From IMG/VR virus record IMGVR_UViG_3300042922_000850, positions 32,001 to 96,000 of that record: a DNA stretch of 64,000 nt, one strand, 5' to 3'. The DNA comes from a virus. The notes beneath the pieces were generated by a model. It was given only the letters and a program-made list of their open reading frames with translations, was not told the DNA's origin and did not search any database. A program made the translations under genes and the position numbers. Shown piece after piece: positions 37,453-47,134 of the stretch (its first letter is position 1; the number at the start of each line of letters is the position of its first letter).

Positions 37453-38224
37453 TGAAAACAAATCAAATGAGACGTTAGAGTCTGCTGTTCTGCAAGCAAT
37501 TACCGTAGAGTTACAAAGCGATTTAATTCCCAATCTTGTAAAGAAATACCTGGAAAAAGGTATTTCTGATGTTCTTGCAGACTTAACTGGATACGGCGGG
37601 GATGTTAGAAAAGTATTGAAACAGAAACTCAGGGATACTATGGTTCCTTGCATTGAACAAAATGATTTTAATGTATACATGGTTAAGCTAGACACTGTGT
37701 TAACCGAAATTATCAACAAAACATCACTTATTGAGAATAAAGAGATCCTTGATAATTTCAAGGATCTGATGGCAGAGCCCGATAAAGGGTCAATCAAGCT
37801 CTCAGAAATCTTCGTAGAGTGGCAGAAACATGTAGCTGCTAATGTGAACACATCAGGATTAGATGCGAATTGTGAAGATGGGGAACCAAGCTACGAATTG
37901 GTTGAGGTTACCATGAGTGTTGATATCCAGAACAGAGGCAGCGGATATTATAAATCTAATTATGATGATGCAACAGTATTCTTTAAATGCGAGCACGACC
38001 CTGAAATGGACTTCGAATTTCGTCTTTATAAGCATAAGGACACGAAGGTATGGAAAAACATTGGTCTTAACGAATATTGCAACGTAAATGGGTTAAGACA
38101 TCTTGGTGATTTCCAAATCTTTTTGATGAAACTAAATCGAGCCTTTGTTGAGATTGAAATAGACGATCAGGAAGATAGTGCCGAAGTTGAACCAGATGCT
38201 AAACCGGAATGGGAATTAAACTGA
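37439..38224 (+). CDS. hypothetical phage protein
   Basis: about 261 aa ORF. Confidence 0.65.
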   Translation: MSQDNENKSNETLESAVLQAITVELQSDLIPNLVKKYLEKGISDVLADLTGYGGDVRKVLKQKLRDTMVPCIEQNDFNVYMVKLDTVLTEIINKTSLIENKEILDNFKDLMAEPDKGSIKLSEIFVEWQKHVAANVNTSGLDANCEDGEPSYELVEVTMSVDIQNRGSGYYKSNYDDATVFFKCEHDPEMDFEFRLYKHKDTKVWKNIGLNEYCNVNGLRHLGDFQIFLMKLNRAFVEIEIDDQEDSAEVEPDAKPEWELN

Positions 38225-38268
38225 CCCGAGGTTGATAAGAAAGATGCAGAGAAGGGAGACAATAACTA

Positions 38269-38781
38269 GTGGAGATTGAAAGAAAATGGCTGTTTGATGA
38301 TTTATTTTATAGAGACATAAAGGAAGATGTAAAGCGTGTTGGATATAATAGATATGGCCAAGCGTATTTGAGCATCTGTCCAGAAATACGAATACGCTGG
38401 AAACAGGGTCTTAATGGTGAGAAAAGCTATAAACTCTGTGTTAAGAGCAAGGGCAAAATTGAGCGCATTGAGGTAGAAAAAGATTTAACAGAAGATGAGT
38501 TTAATCAACTCATGATTGTAGGGAATTTAAAGGCCGAGGATTTTATCATAAAGGATACTTTGTTATTTGAGGATGCCGGCGGTAATATCCTGGCTGTTGG
38601 TAATACAGATATTTACCGTGACACAAGGTTTGTCTATGGAGAAATTGAATTCAAGTCTGTTGAAGAAGCTAACGCTTTCGTTACACCGGAATGGTTTGGC
38701 AAAGAAGTAACAGAAGATGATTATTATAAAATGGCGAACTATTGGAAGCGTACCAGAATTGATACTATTGAAGCGAGGTAA
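38269..38781 (+). CDS. CYTH-domain (triphosphate tunnel) protein
   Basis: MEIERKWL, EIRIR, RIEVE, GEIEF, PEWFGKEVTED. Confidence 0.88.
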   Translation: MEIERKWLFDDLFYRDIKEDVKRVGYNRYGQAYLSICPEIRIRWKQGLNGEKSYKLCVKSKGKIERIEVEKDLTEDEFNQLMIVGNLKAEDFIIKDTLLFEDAGGNILAVGNTDIYRDTRFVYGEIEFKSVEEANAFVTPEWFGKEVTEDDYYKMANYWKRTRIDTIEAR

Positions 38782-38786
38782 AGCGT

Positions 38787-39332
38787 ATGAAACTCAGAAT
38801 AGGTAATGCCTATTTACTTGATGATGATATTTTCTTAAAAGGGACTATTCAAAAGAAAGGGCTTCGAAAAATATTCGTTCCGGATACAGGCATTGGATGC
38901 GGATTTTCTTACCAAGTTATAACAAGAAAATCCATCGGGAAGAATTTGTTTTTTAGCCTAGAAGATATTAAATCAGATGAGCGTTTAAAGAATTTTGAAA
39001 TTGTAACCGCTGAGAATGTTCTTAAAAATAATGCCACGATCGGAGAGCTTGTTTATATTTATGAGCGCCCTCACGGAGGTTGTGAGCGTGAGGAAAACGC
39101 TCATGCAATGTATACCTATTTTAAAGAGAAGTCTAACGATAATACCGTAATGAAAGCATACTTCTCTTTAGAAACTTGGTTATACGGTGACGGGAAAGAC
39201 AAACCCCTTGAAATAAAGTCTGCAATGTTGTGGGGTGGGCTTATGGTAGCACATAAGCATGGAGATATTTCGTGGGACCAAATGAGAGAGATGTATGGTG
39301 AGTATATAAGCAAGGCAATGAATTTAAGATAA
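38787..39332 (+). CDS. hypothetical protein
   Basis: 181 aa. Confidence 0.6.
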   Translation: MKLRIGNAYLLDDDIFLKGTIQKKGLRKIFVPDTGIGCGFSYQVITRKSIGKNLFFSLEDIKSDERLKNFEIVTAENVLKNNATIGELVYIYERPHGGCEREENAHAMYTYFKEKSNDNTVMKAYFSLETWLYGDGKDKPLEIKSAMLWGGLMVAHKHGDISWDQMREMYGEYISKAMNLR

Positions 39333-39337
39333 ATCTG

Positions 39338-39385
39338 GTATAAGTAATAAAAGGAAGATATCGATATCTTCCTTTTATTACTTAT
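39338..39385 (+). promoter_or_regulatory. conserved motif overlapping a 46-bp perfect palindrome
   Basis: ATAAGTAATAAAAGGAAGATATC|GATATCTTCCTTTTATTACTTAT. Confidence 0.75.
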
Positions 39386-39402
39386 TTTAAGGAGGAAAGT
39401 TT

Positions 39403-39657
39403 ATGAGCGCATATGATAACAATGTAAATTCAACACAATCTGCAACAACCGGAATAGGAACTACATACACCTCGGCTGAACAGTCAGTAAGTAGTGCATT
39501 ATTGCCTACGAAGCATGGTTTTGAACAATTCGTAATTCTTCCGACCAAATTAAACACAGGTTGGGTTGGTATCAGTAACACCGCAATTGAAAACAACAAT
39601 CTTCAGCAAGCGCCATCATCTGCAGCTGAACGTGTGAGCCGATTATTTAGTATATAA
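39403..39657 (+). CDS. hypothetical protein
   Basis: 84 aa; AAGGAGG RBS. Confidence 0.6.
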   Translation: MSAYDNNVNSTQSATTGIGTTYTSAEQSVSSALLPTKHGFEQFVILPTKLNTGWVGISNTAIENNNLQQAPSSAAERVSRLFSI

Positions 39658-39670
39658 GAAAGGCAATGGT

Positions 39671-39922
39671 ATGAAAGAAAATTACTACGCCTTATTAATC
39701 TGTATTCTTCGACCAGTCTCAATCGAAAGAAGCTTGCAGATGATGGTTGATGAAGAATTTACAAGGCAAAGAGATGAAAATATCAATGATGAAGATATCG
39801 AAAGCATGATTAAGATGAAAAAGAGCGGCATGACTTATGGAAAAATCGGTGAGATTTTCGGCCTTGCAGAAAGCGCTACCTATAGGAGAATTAAAAGATA
39901 CAAAGAAAGGATGAAAAAGTAA
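39671..39922 (+). CDS. helix-turn-helix protein
   Basis: GMTYGKIGEIFGLAESATYRRIK. Confidence 0.7.
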   Translation: MKENYYALLICILRPVSIERSLQMMVDEEFTRQRDENINDEDIESMIKMKKSGMTYGKIGEIFGLAESATYRRIKRYKERMKK

Positions 39923-40021
39923 GATGCTATTACGAGTAACAAATCTGGGAGAGAACCGTATAACGTCCAGAGGTTATATGTGGTCGTTATCTTCTTCAAT
40001 AACAGCAAGGAGGAATAGAAT

Positions 40022-40507
40022 TTGGGGAAAGTAATTGGCGGCACCGGACATAGGCCTGATAAATTATATGGTTACGATATGAGCAACCCAAAGTATCGCA
40101 CTATGATAGATTGGGTTAAGAAGGAGCTGGTTAGCGAAGATTGCGATGAAGCGATATGCGGTATGGCGCTTGGCTTTGACCAGATTTTTGGTCTTGCTGT
40201 CATCGAATTAAAAGATGAAGGGTATGATATCAAATTGCATTGCGCCATACCTTGCCTGAACTATACTAAGAAGTGGTACAAACAATCTGATATTAACCGC
40301 TATAATTTCATCCTCTCAAGAGCTGATGTTATCAAAATAGTACATGAGGATGAATATAAACCATGGTATCTCGATGATCGCAATAAATATGTTGTGGACT
40401 TATCTGATAAAATGCTTGCTGCGTGGAACGGTAGCAAAGGTGGCACATATAATTGTGTGAAGTACGCGATGAAAAATAATAAACCAATCATTCAAATGGT
40501 ATTCTAA
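40022..40507 (+). CDS. SLOG/DUF1273 (YspA-like) protein
   Basis: TGHRPDKL, GMALGFDQ, RNKYVVDLSD, GGTYNCVKYA. Confidence 0.82.
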   Translation: MGKVIGGTGHRPDKLYGYDMSNPKYRTMIDWVKKELVSEDCDEAICGMALGFDQIFGLAVIELKDEGYDIKLHCAIPCLNYTKKWYKQSDINRYNFILSRADVIKIVHEDEYKPWYLDDRNKYVVDLSDKMLAAWNGSKGGTYNCVKYAMKNNKPIIQMVF

Positions 40508-40522
40508 GGAGGATTTATCGGT

Positions 40523-41458
40523 ATGGCAAAGAAACAAACTATCTTGATAACGGAAAGCAATATAAAACAAATTTATTCCAGGTTAGGCGCATTTTTCCGC
40601 TCATGCGAGCATTGTAAACAATATAAGTCAACATCTCCAAGCGGTGAAGCCATTGGAGATGTTTACCCCGTACATAGTAACCAAGCAAATGATTTAATGT
40701 TATCTGCAGACAAGCCCGCGATCCATTTATTTGCGTCTATCTCTGTAAGCATTTATCCAGGGGAACGTATTTATATCGACTCAAACAAGATTATTATCCA
40801 GAAAAAAAATAAAGAACTAGTGACGAAAACTAAAGGTAAAACCTTTGGTGAAAATTGTTGCTATATAATTTTCGAGAGGGATTATAAATATTATCGCTCG
40901 GTTCAGGTTGATGGTGTAAAATACAGAGTTCTCTACAATTTACTTGGTACCACCTTAAATAAATGTGTCCAGAAACTTATTGAATCTGATGAGAAGGGGG
41001 TTAAAGCTATGATAGAATTTAATGGCCATAGCTTTTATTCTGACACAGTAACATTAGATAGTGCTTATATGGAGATACAGGGTAAAACGTATTCGGAATT
41101 TGTTGCGGATCAGGAAACAGCGCTTGCGCGGTGGAATAAAGAAAGGGCAGAAGACGAAGCTCTTTTACCGGCTAGGATAGAAAGACTTAAAAAAGCCGGT
41201 AGGGAATTAATTCACAAAGAACTTTGGGAAGATTGGGATAAGATGGTTACGGTTAGAGCTAAAGATATATACAAGGGATTTGAAGTCGATAGCTCGTTGA
41301 AAATCATCAAAGTACTGACAGAGGACGAAGACATTGAAAGTGCTGTCAAAGTAATTAGATCACAAGGCCATTCAGGAATGTCTTACAGCCTCGTACGTGA
41401 GATTGTAAGACGGTTTGGGGTTAGAGGTGAAGAATTTGCCGAGGCTTGCGGAAAATGA
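40523..41458 (+). CDS. hypothetical protein
   Basis: 311 aa; C-terminal QGHSGMS motif. Confidence 0.65.
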   Translation: MAKKQTILITESNIKQIYSRLGAFFRSCEHCKQYKSTSPSGEAIGDVYPVHSNQANDLMLSADKPAIHLFASISVSIYPGERIYIDSNKIIIQKKNKELVTKTKGKTFGENCCYIIFERDYKYYRSVQVDGVKYRVLYNLLGTTLNKCVQKLIESDEKGVKAMIEFNGHSFYSDTVTLDSAYMEIQGKTYSEFVADQETALARWNKERAEDEALLPARIERLKKAGRELIHKELWEDWDKMVTVRAKDIYKGFEVDSSLKIIKVLTEDEDIESAVKVIRSQGHSGMSYSLVREIVRRFGVRGEEFAEACGK

Positions 41459-41642
41459 GTTTAATAGAGATTTGGGAGGATTAATTTATGTCGGTGCTTT
41501 GGTGTGAATTCTTAAATATGTGGTGTAGCGACATTGATGATGAGGATAGAAGCGAGATGTGCCCTCATGGTCCAGACAGTAAGTGTAAAGGATGTTGCGA
41601 TAGCATGGATATTCCTTCGTCTAAAGAAGAAATGAGGAGGCA

Positions 41643-41858
41643 GTGGGAATGATGAGGAAATGTCAGGGTTCTTATTATGTAAATAAAGTGTGGGCTGCAT
41701 TTGAGGATGGATTGTTCCATCCTTGGGGCTCAGACTATGAAGAGTTTGATAATGGTGCGGTTAACTTTACTGTGGCCATTGTTGAGTTACCTAATGGAGG
41801 AATAATAGAGGTCCTGCCAGAAAAATTACGATTTACAGATAAGGATGAACAGCTATGA
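41643..41858 (+). CDS. hypothetical phage protein
   Basis: FHPWG...TVAIVELPNG motif. Confidence 0.55.
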   Translation: MGMMRKCQGSYYVNKVWAAFEDGLFHPWGSDYEEFDNGAVNFTVAIVELPNGGIIEVLPEKLRFTDKDEQL

Positions 41859-42136
41859 GCGAAGAAGAAATGAAAGCAAAGCCACCGAGAGAGCGTATTC
41901 TGGAATACATCAGTGCATACATATTCGAGCATGGGTATTCTCCATGCATAAGAGAGATTGGCGCGGCAGTTGGCTTAAAATCAATGGCATCAGTTAGTTA
42001 TCATGTTAATACCATGTTGTCTATGGGAACGCTAGAGACCGATACAGAGCCAGGAACACCTAGAGCGCTTCGTGTTCCTGGCTTAATGGTTATACGGCGC
42101 GAAGAATTCAAGAAATACGAGAAAAAAGAGGTGTAA
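41855..42136 (+). CDS. LexA N-terminal DNA-binding domain protein (no peptidase domain)
   Basis: ILEYI...HGYSPCIREIGAAVGLKSMASVSYHV...PRALRV. Confidence 0.8.
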   Translation: MSEEEMKAKPPRERILEYISAYIFEHGYSPCIREIGAAVGLKSMASVSYHVNTMLSMGTLETDTEPGTPRALRVPGLMVIRREEFKKYEKKEV

Positions 42137-42137
42137 A

Positions 42138-42605
42138 ATGACAAAGCAGGAATATCTAGAAAGTATTTTATCAAAAAATCAGATTAAAGAAATTGAGAGA
42201 GCCATCAAAAATGGCTCTCCGGTATTTATTGGCGGTGAAAACCAAGCAACAGGGAAAAGTTCTTTGATGCAATTTCTAAGGATAGCTTATCGTGAGCATA
42301 ACCCTCAAGTATATGATCTTAGCGAAAAGAACATGCAAACGGTCATATATCTCAATCAACCATTAACTGAGCAGATACCCGATATCATTGGAAAAATTGA
42401 TGATATCACAACAAAAAAACCACAACCAAGATATGATGGAAAGTATAATGTCTTATCGCTCCCATCTAATCCGCGTGATTGTTGCCCAGAATATAAGTGC
42501 CCTGTGTGCGGTGAAAGATTTAATGGTTATCTAATAAATCATAATGACGCACATTGCCCAAATGCTGCATGCAATGTAAAACTGTGTGATCCGGGAAACT
42601 TCTAG
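42138..42605 (+). CDS. hypothetical protein (possible P-loop GKS plus Zn ribbon)
   Basis: GENQATGKS; CPVCG. Confidence 0.55.
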   Translation: MTKQEYLESILSKNQIKEIERAIKNGSPVFIGGENQATGKSSLMQFLRIAYREHNPQVYDLSEKNMQTVIYLNQPLTEQIPDIIGKIDDITTKKPQPRYDGKYNVLSLPSNPRDCCPEYKCPVCGERFNGYLINHNDAHCPNAACNVKLCDPGNF

Positions 42606-42610
42606 AAGAG

Positions 42611-42943
42611 GTGAAAGCGATGTTCGGCCGAGAAAAATTAAAAGATCAGATAGATAAGTTAACGCGGCAGTTAAGTCTAAAAGATAAGGAGATCACATAT
42701 CTGAATTCTCTTCTTAAAGAGAATTCTGTAGACCCTGAAAAAGGAAGATTTAAAGTGGTTCCTTTCAATCCGGTAACGGTTGATGGTGTTGAAAGGAAAG
42801 TTAAGAAAGTTTACATGGGCACAGGGGGCGGCAAGTCGGCAGAGTGCGACAAAATCCTTGATAAGATGACCGGAAGGTTTTACATAGTTGCTCGTCATAA
42901 AAAAGATGACGAGCAAAAAATAGAAAATACGGAGGAAGATTAA
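42611..42943 (+). CDS. hypothetical protein
   Basis: 110 aa. Confidence 0.55.
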   Translation: MKAMFGREKLKDQIDKLTRQLSLKDKEITYLNSLLKENSVDPEKGRFKVVPFNPVTVDGVERKVKKVYMGTGGGKSAECDKILDKMTGRFYIVARHKKDDEQKIENTEED

Positions 42944-42945
42944 TT

Positions 42946-43350
42946 ATGGATCCTAAGTTAAAGAAATGGGTTGGATTTAACTTTGACCTAAATAAAACAT
43001 TTGAGAAACCACCAAGAGAAGGAACCGATGAATCTGATGAAATGAAACAGTTCTTCAAAGATTTGAAGTCGGATATAAAAAAGGCTCTTGGTAGCAAGGG
43101 TATTAAAATAATTCGCATGAAGCCGAATTATTACAGCACAACAATTGTTGTTGGTGACGGAAAAGAAAAATATGCATATATTTCTTTTGGCGATATGCGA
43201 TGGAACGGACTGTGGAATAGCCAAATTCTAGTGCGAACGATGAAACACGATAAAGACTGGAGTGGTGGTCATAATAACTTTGTTAATTATGATGGTATTC
43301 CTGATAAAATATTGGAATTATGGGAAAGGTCAGCTTCAGAAAAAAGGTGA
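42946..43350 (+). CDS. hypothetical protein
   Basis: 134 aa; GGAGG RBS. Confidence 0.6.
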   Translation: MDPKLKKWVGFNFDLNKTFEKPPREGTDESDEMKQFFKDLKSDIKKALGSKGIKIIRMKPNYYSTTIVVGDGKEKYAYISFGDMRWNGLWNSQILVRTMKHDKDWSGGHNNFVNYDGIPDKILELWERSASEKR

Positions 43351-43357
43351 CGAGAAC

Positions 43358-43708
43358 ATGAGAATAGTTACATCAGTGTCAAGAAGAAGACTAAAGAATA
43401 TGCTCCGCTGGTTTAAAAACAAAGGTCAGGAAGTTAAAATCTCATACATCTATAATAATTCTAGGGGGCAGCACGAGGAGCGTTCTTACATAGGGATTAT
43501 AAAATCTTTTACTGTGGAGAAAGACGAAGAATACGGAGAATTTAAAATATCTGTACTCTTCACAGATGATTCTTCTATGAAAGAATGCTTAGACTCTTGG
43601 TGGGAATTTTATGACCTTGGAAAATTAAGAATGTGTAATAGTGGACCATATTGTTATTTCTCAATATGGTTTACAGAAAGAAATAAGGAGAAAAGTAATG
43701 GCGCTTAG
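43358..43708 (+). CDS. hypothetical protein (MRIVTS...)
   Basis: start chosen from AAGGTG RBS. Confidence 0.55.
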   Translation: MRIVTSVSRRRLKNMLRWFKNKGQEVKISYIYNNSRGQHEERSYIGIIKSFTVEKDEEYGEFKISVLFTDDSSMKECLDSWWEFYDLGKLRMCNSGPYCYFSIWFTERNKEKSNGA

Positions 43709-43895
43709 CTTGTGGAATTTCATAGTAATTGATGGTGATGGTAACAGTAGCGTTTACGTAGCAACCACTATCTCAAATGCAATTGACAGTATAGCCGATG
43801 CGTTTGAACCAACAGCAATATTAAGAACCACATTGTACAGTAATAACTGTAATGATTATGATAACGTAGTTACAGTTAATTATTCGGGTACGTAA
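43698..43895 (+). CDS. hypothetical protein (MALSLW...)
   Basis: AAGGAG RBS. Confidence 0.5.
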   Translation: MALSLWNFIVIDGDGNSSVYVATTISNAIDSIADAFEPTAILRTTLYSNNCNDYDNVVTVNYSGT

Positions 43896-43908
43896 TTAGG
43901 AGGATACA

Positions 43909-44121
43909 ATGGCAAAAGATAGTTCACTGCATTGCAAAATGGATGGCCGAGTGTTTCAAATGAGGGATGGGTCTTCTCACAGACCCATCCCTTTTTCGTC
44001 GGCAAAGCATAATTATACTAAAGGTGATATGGACCGATTGAAAGTTGGTCAAAGCGTTAGTTTTATGCCGATGTTTGGGAACGCAAACCCGGTGTACAGT
44101 AGTTTAGTGAGAATAAGATAG
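43909..44121 (+). CDS. hypothetical protein
   Basis: AGGAGG RBS. Confidence 0.55.
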   Translation: MAKDSSLHCKMDGRVFQMRDGSSHRPIPFSSAKHNYTKGDMDRLKVGQSVSFMPMFGNANPVYSSLVRIR

Positions 44122-44132
44122 AAGGAGTAAAT

Positions 44133-44714
44133 ATGAAAGCTTGGAAACATTTTAAGTTAATATCCCTGCATAAATGGTATGTGTTCAAAAATTGTTGCAG
44201 AGCAGGTATTTATCTACAAGGGATTACCCATGATGTATCGAAATATTCACCAACAGAATATTTCGAATCTATCAAATATTATACCGGAACAAGAAGTCCA
44301 ATAGAAGCCTGCAAAGAATTAAATGGTTACAGCATGGCTTGGTTCCATCATAGAGGACGTAATAAACACCATTGGGAATATTGGGTTGATAATTTTGAAC
44401 AAGGAATGACATACACTCTAATTCCTTATAAATATGCCGTAGAATTGCTATGCGATTGGATTGGCGCAGGTCAAGCTTACGAAAAAGAAAACTGGAGTTT
44501 TCAATCGCAGTATCGTTGGTGGAAGAAGAAAGTAAAGACAGCAAAATTACATCCAGTAATAGCTCATTTTATCGATACGATACTCGCTTTAATGTCGATA
44601 AATAATACTTATTTATATTTGAATAAGGAACATACCAGAGATATTTATGATACTATGGTGACTTTATATGGCCAAGGGATTTTAGAGGAGGCCTGTCCTT
44701 ACTACCCGGAATAA
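44133..44714 (+). CDS. HD-like DUF5662 family protein
   Basis: HKWYV, HDVSKYSP, AWFHHRGRNKHHWEYW, CDWIGAG. Confidence 0.75.
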   Translation: MKAWKHFKLISLHKWYVFKNCCRAGIYLQGITHDVSKYSPTEYFESIKYYTGTRSPIEACKELNGYSMAWFHHRGRNKHHWEYWVDNFEQGMTYTLIPYKYAVELLCDWIGAGQAYEKENWSFQSQYRWWKKKVKTAKLHPVIAHFIDTILALMSINNTYLYLNKEHTRDIYDTMVTLYGQGILEEACPYYPE

Positions 44715-44730
44715 AAGACAAGGAGGATTT

Positions 44731-44931
44731 ATGAAAATGGCTAGATCTATAATTGGAGCACTCATGATTATTGCTGGGGTAATAATCATATTTGTCCTGT
44801 CTGCAATTAATCCAGATATGACGGAATGGAGGTTATTTTTAACCTATTGGAAAGAGTATCTAGGCGTAGTAGTCTTGTTTATACTAGGTCAATACATTTT
44901 ATTAAGTGATGGAAGGAGAAAGAAAAAATGA
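44731..44931 (+). CDS. small two-TM membrane protein
   Basis: 66 aa hydrophobic. Confidence 0.6.
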   Translation: MKMARSIIGALMIIAGVIIIFVLSAINPDMTEWRLFLTYWKEYLGVVVLFILGQYILLSDGRRKKK

Positions 44932-45137
44932 TAGTAATTGGCCAAGACGAAAGAGAACACGAGACCCGTGAGGTAGAACAAAAAGGATTGAAGATTTATT
45001 GCATCCCAGGGAAAGATAGAAGAAAGAAAGAATTGGTTGGGGAATACAAGGATCTTATGCGAGCTTGCGAAGTATTTGCAAGTATTTATGTTGCGAATAA
45101 AGATAAGCAAGCTTCATTTACAATGCCAAAAGAGTAG
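44928..45137 (+). CDS. hypothetical protein
   Basis: 69 aa; coupled. Confidence 0.55.
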   Translation: MIVIGQDEREHETREVEQKGLKIYCIPGKDRRKKELVGEYKDLMRACEVFASIYVANKDKQASFTMPKE

Positions 45138-45219
45138 GTTTTAGAGGGGCAATTGCCCCTCTAAACTTTCCTCCCATTTCTTGTATAAGTAATAAAAGAA
45201 ATGGGAGGATAAAAATAAA

Positions 45220-45609
45220 ATGGCAATAAGTGATAAGGAAATAGCATTTGTAGCAATGAACGGAATAGCATTAACAGTAATGGGGCTGATAACAGCATAT
45301 ACAACAAAGAGGTTATCTGAAGAAAAGATAAAAAATATAAAGAAAGGGCAAGAAGTTGAGACACTGAAGACAAATCTTAATAAAATGGAAGATTTTATGG
45401 AATGGGAAATTAGTTACATGGAGGATAAAATAAATCTAAATATGATTCAGCTTAGATCAGTGGATATGTATCGATTTGCAGAAAGAGAATTGAAAGAAAT
45501 TAAAGGAGTAACAGAGGTATACGCAAAAGAAGAATTATTAGCAGGAATACGACAGAGAGTGAATACAATTAGAACATTATTAAATAGTGACGAGGAGGCA
45601 ACAAAATAA
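45220..45609 (+). CDS. single-TM coiled-coil cassette protein
   Basis: 129 aa; purine-loaded. Confidence 0.65.
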   Translation: MAISDKEIAFVAMNGIALTVMGLITAYTTKRLSEEKIKNIKKGQEVETLKTNLNKMEDFMEWEISYMEDKINLNMIQLRSVDMYRFAERELKEIKGVTEVYAKEELLAGIRQRVNTIRTLLNSDEEATK

Positions 45610-46184
45610 TGAAAATTAGAATGTCAGCAAAGGATTTAGAGAGATTGAGTAATTTAAAAGAGCAGTTAGACAGGGATGTGCATGAATTGGAAATAATAGA
45701 CAATATGGAAGAAAAAGCAGATTTACAAGATAGTATTGAACGCACAAAAAATGTAATCAAAGGAATAAAAGAAGAACCGATAAGAAATATAATTATTATC
45801 GCGGGCGTGGTAAGCGTTGTAATAGGAACAGGTATTATTGTGTCGGAAATATATAAGTTACACAAGAAAATTCGGAAGATAGATACGATGAAGGTGGCAG
45901 AGAACATTTTAGCAGAGAAGGCTAAATTAGAAACAGAACTGGAAGAAGTAATAGAGAATGAAATTGTAAGTGAAGAGATTGAAGAGATAATTGGAAATGA
46001 TGCGGAGGAAGAATTCGCAGTAAGCGAAGTAGTAGCAGAAGATATTAAACAGACGGAGCCAGATGTAAAAGAAGCATTTGAACAGGAGGTTATAAACGCA
46101 GAGGAGCAGAGAAGCAAGAAGTTAGGTGATTTCGGAGAAAGATTAGCTAAAAAGAGAGACAAAATGAAAGCAAAGAAAGCATAG
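45609..46184 (+). CDS. single-TM acidic coiled-coil cassette protein
   Basis: 191 aa; purine-loaded. Confidence 0.65.
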   Translation: MKIRMSAKDLERLSNLKEQLDRDVHELEIIDNMEEKADLQDSIERTKNVIKGIKEEPIRNIIIIAGVVSVVIGTGIIVSEIYKLHKKIRKIDTMKVAENILAEKAKLETELEEVIENEIVSEEIEEIIGNDAEEEFAVSEVVAEDIKQTEPDVKEAFEQEVINAEEQRSKKLGDFGERLAKKRDKMKAKKA

Positions 46185-46269
46185 ATTTAGAGGGGCAATT
46201 GCCCCTCTAAACTTCCCTTCCATTTCTTGTATAAGAGATAAAATATAAACAATAAAGGAGGAATTAGTT

Positions 46270-47112
46270 ATGAGAACAAAAATGAGATTAGTAATTTTAG
46301 CAATGGTAATGGTATTAACGGGGTTACAATCAACAACAGCATTTGCTGAGACAGTGATTTACGGAGAGCGTGTTGAAGAAACAATGTATGACATTGGACT
46401 ATGTGTGAGACTTAGTGAGACAGATATTACACTTAAATATCTTAACAGAAGTGGTCGAGAATTAGATCACATGTTGGAAAAAATGTTTGAACCAACAGGA
46501 ATTAGTAACATGAATATTGGCGTATCAGAAGAAATAGATTATTATACATTAAAGCTATGGCAAATGTCATGGGATGTCGAAACATATGACTATTATGACG
46601 GGTATTACACAGTCAATCTTTATCTGGAATACAGGGAAACAGCAGATGAAACAGCATTTGTAATTCAAAAAGTAAAAGAGTTTGTTCGAGCAAATAAGAA
46701 AAAAGTAGCCGGACTTTCAGATGCAGAGAAATACAGATGGATTTATGATCACCTTATTAACAATATGGATTATGATTATACAGAAGAAAATGATTCATGC
46801 TATGAGGCAATAACGTACGGAACAGGTACATGTGTAGCATACTCAGGATTATACTATCTGATTGCAGTAAATATGGGATTACCATGTAAAATAGTGTACG
46901 GCAAAGCAGGAGGCGGAGATCACGCATGGAATTTAGCAAGGTTAGATGGAAAATGGTATTACGTAGATGCAACGTGGGGCGATGATTATAGTGAGGAATA
47001 TTTCATGAGAGCAAAAAAGAATGTAACTACACATAAAATTAACGAAGAAGCAGCATCAAACAGTATTGATGAGAACGGAGTAATTGTATTTGCAAGGGAA
47101 GATTACAGATAA
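46270..47112 (+). CDS. secreted transglutaminase-like cysteine protease
   Basis: signal peptide; GTCVAYS, HAWN, YYVDATW triad motifs. Confidence 0.85.
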   Translation: MRTKMRLVILAMVMVLTGLQSTTAFAETVIYGERVEETMYDIGLCVRLSETDITLKYLNRSGRELDHMLEKMFEPTGISNMNIGVSEEIDYYTLKLWQMSWDVETYDYYDGYYTVNLYLEYRETADETAFVIQKVKEFVRANKKKVAGLSDAEKYRWIYDHLINNMDYDYTEENDSCYEAITYGTGTCVAYSGLYYLIAVNMGLPCKIVYGKAGGGDHAWNLARLDGKWYYVDATWGDDYSEEYFMRAKKNVTTHKINEEAASNSIDENGVIVFAREDYR

Positions 47113-47134
47113 AAATAGAGGGGCAATTGCCCCT

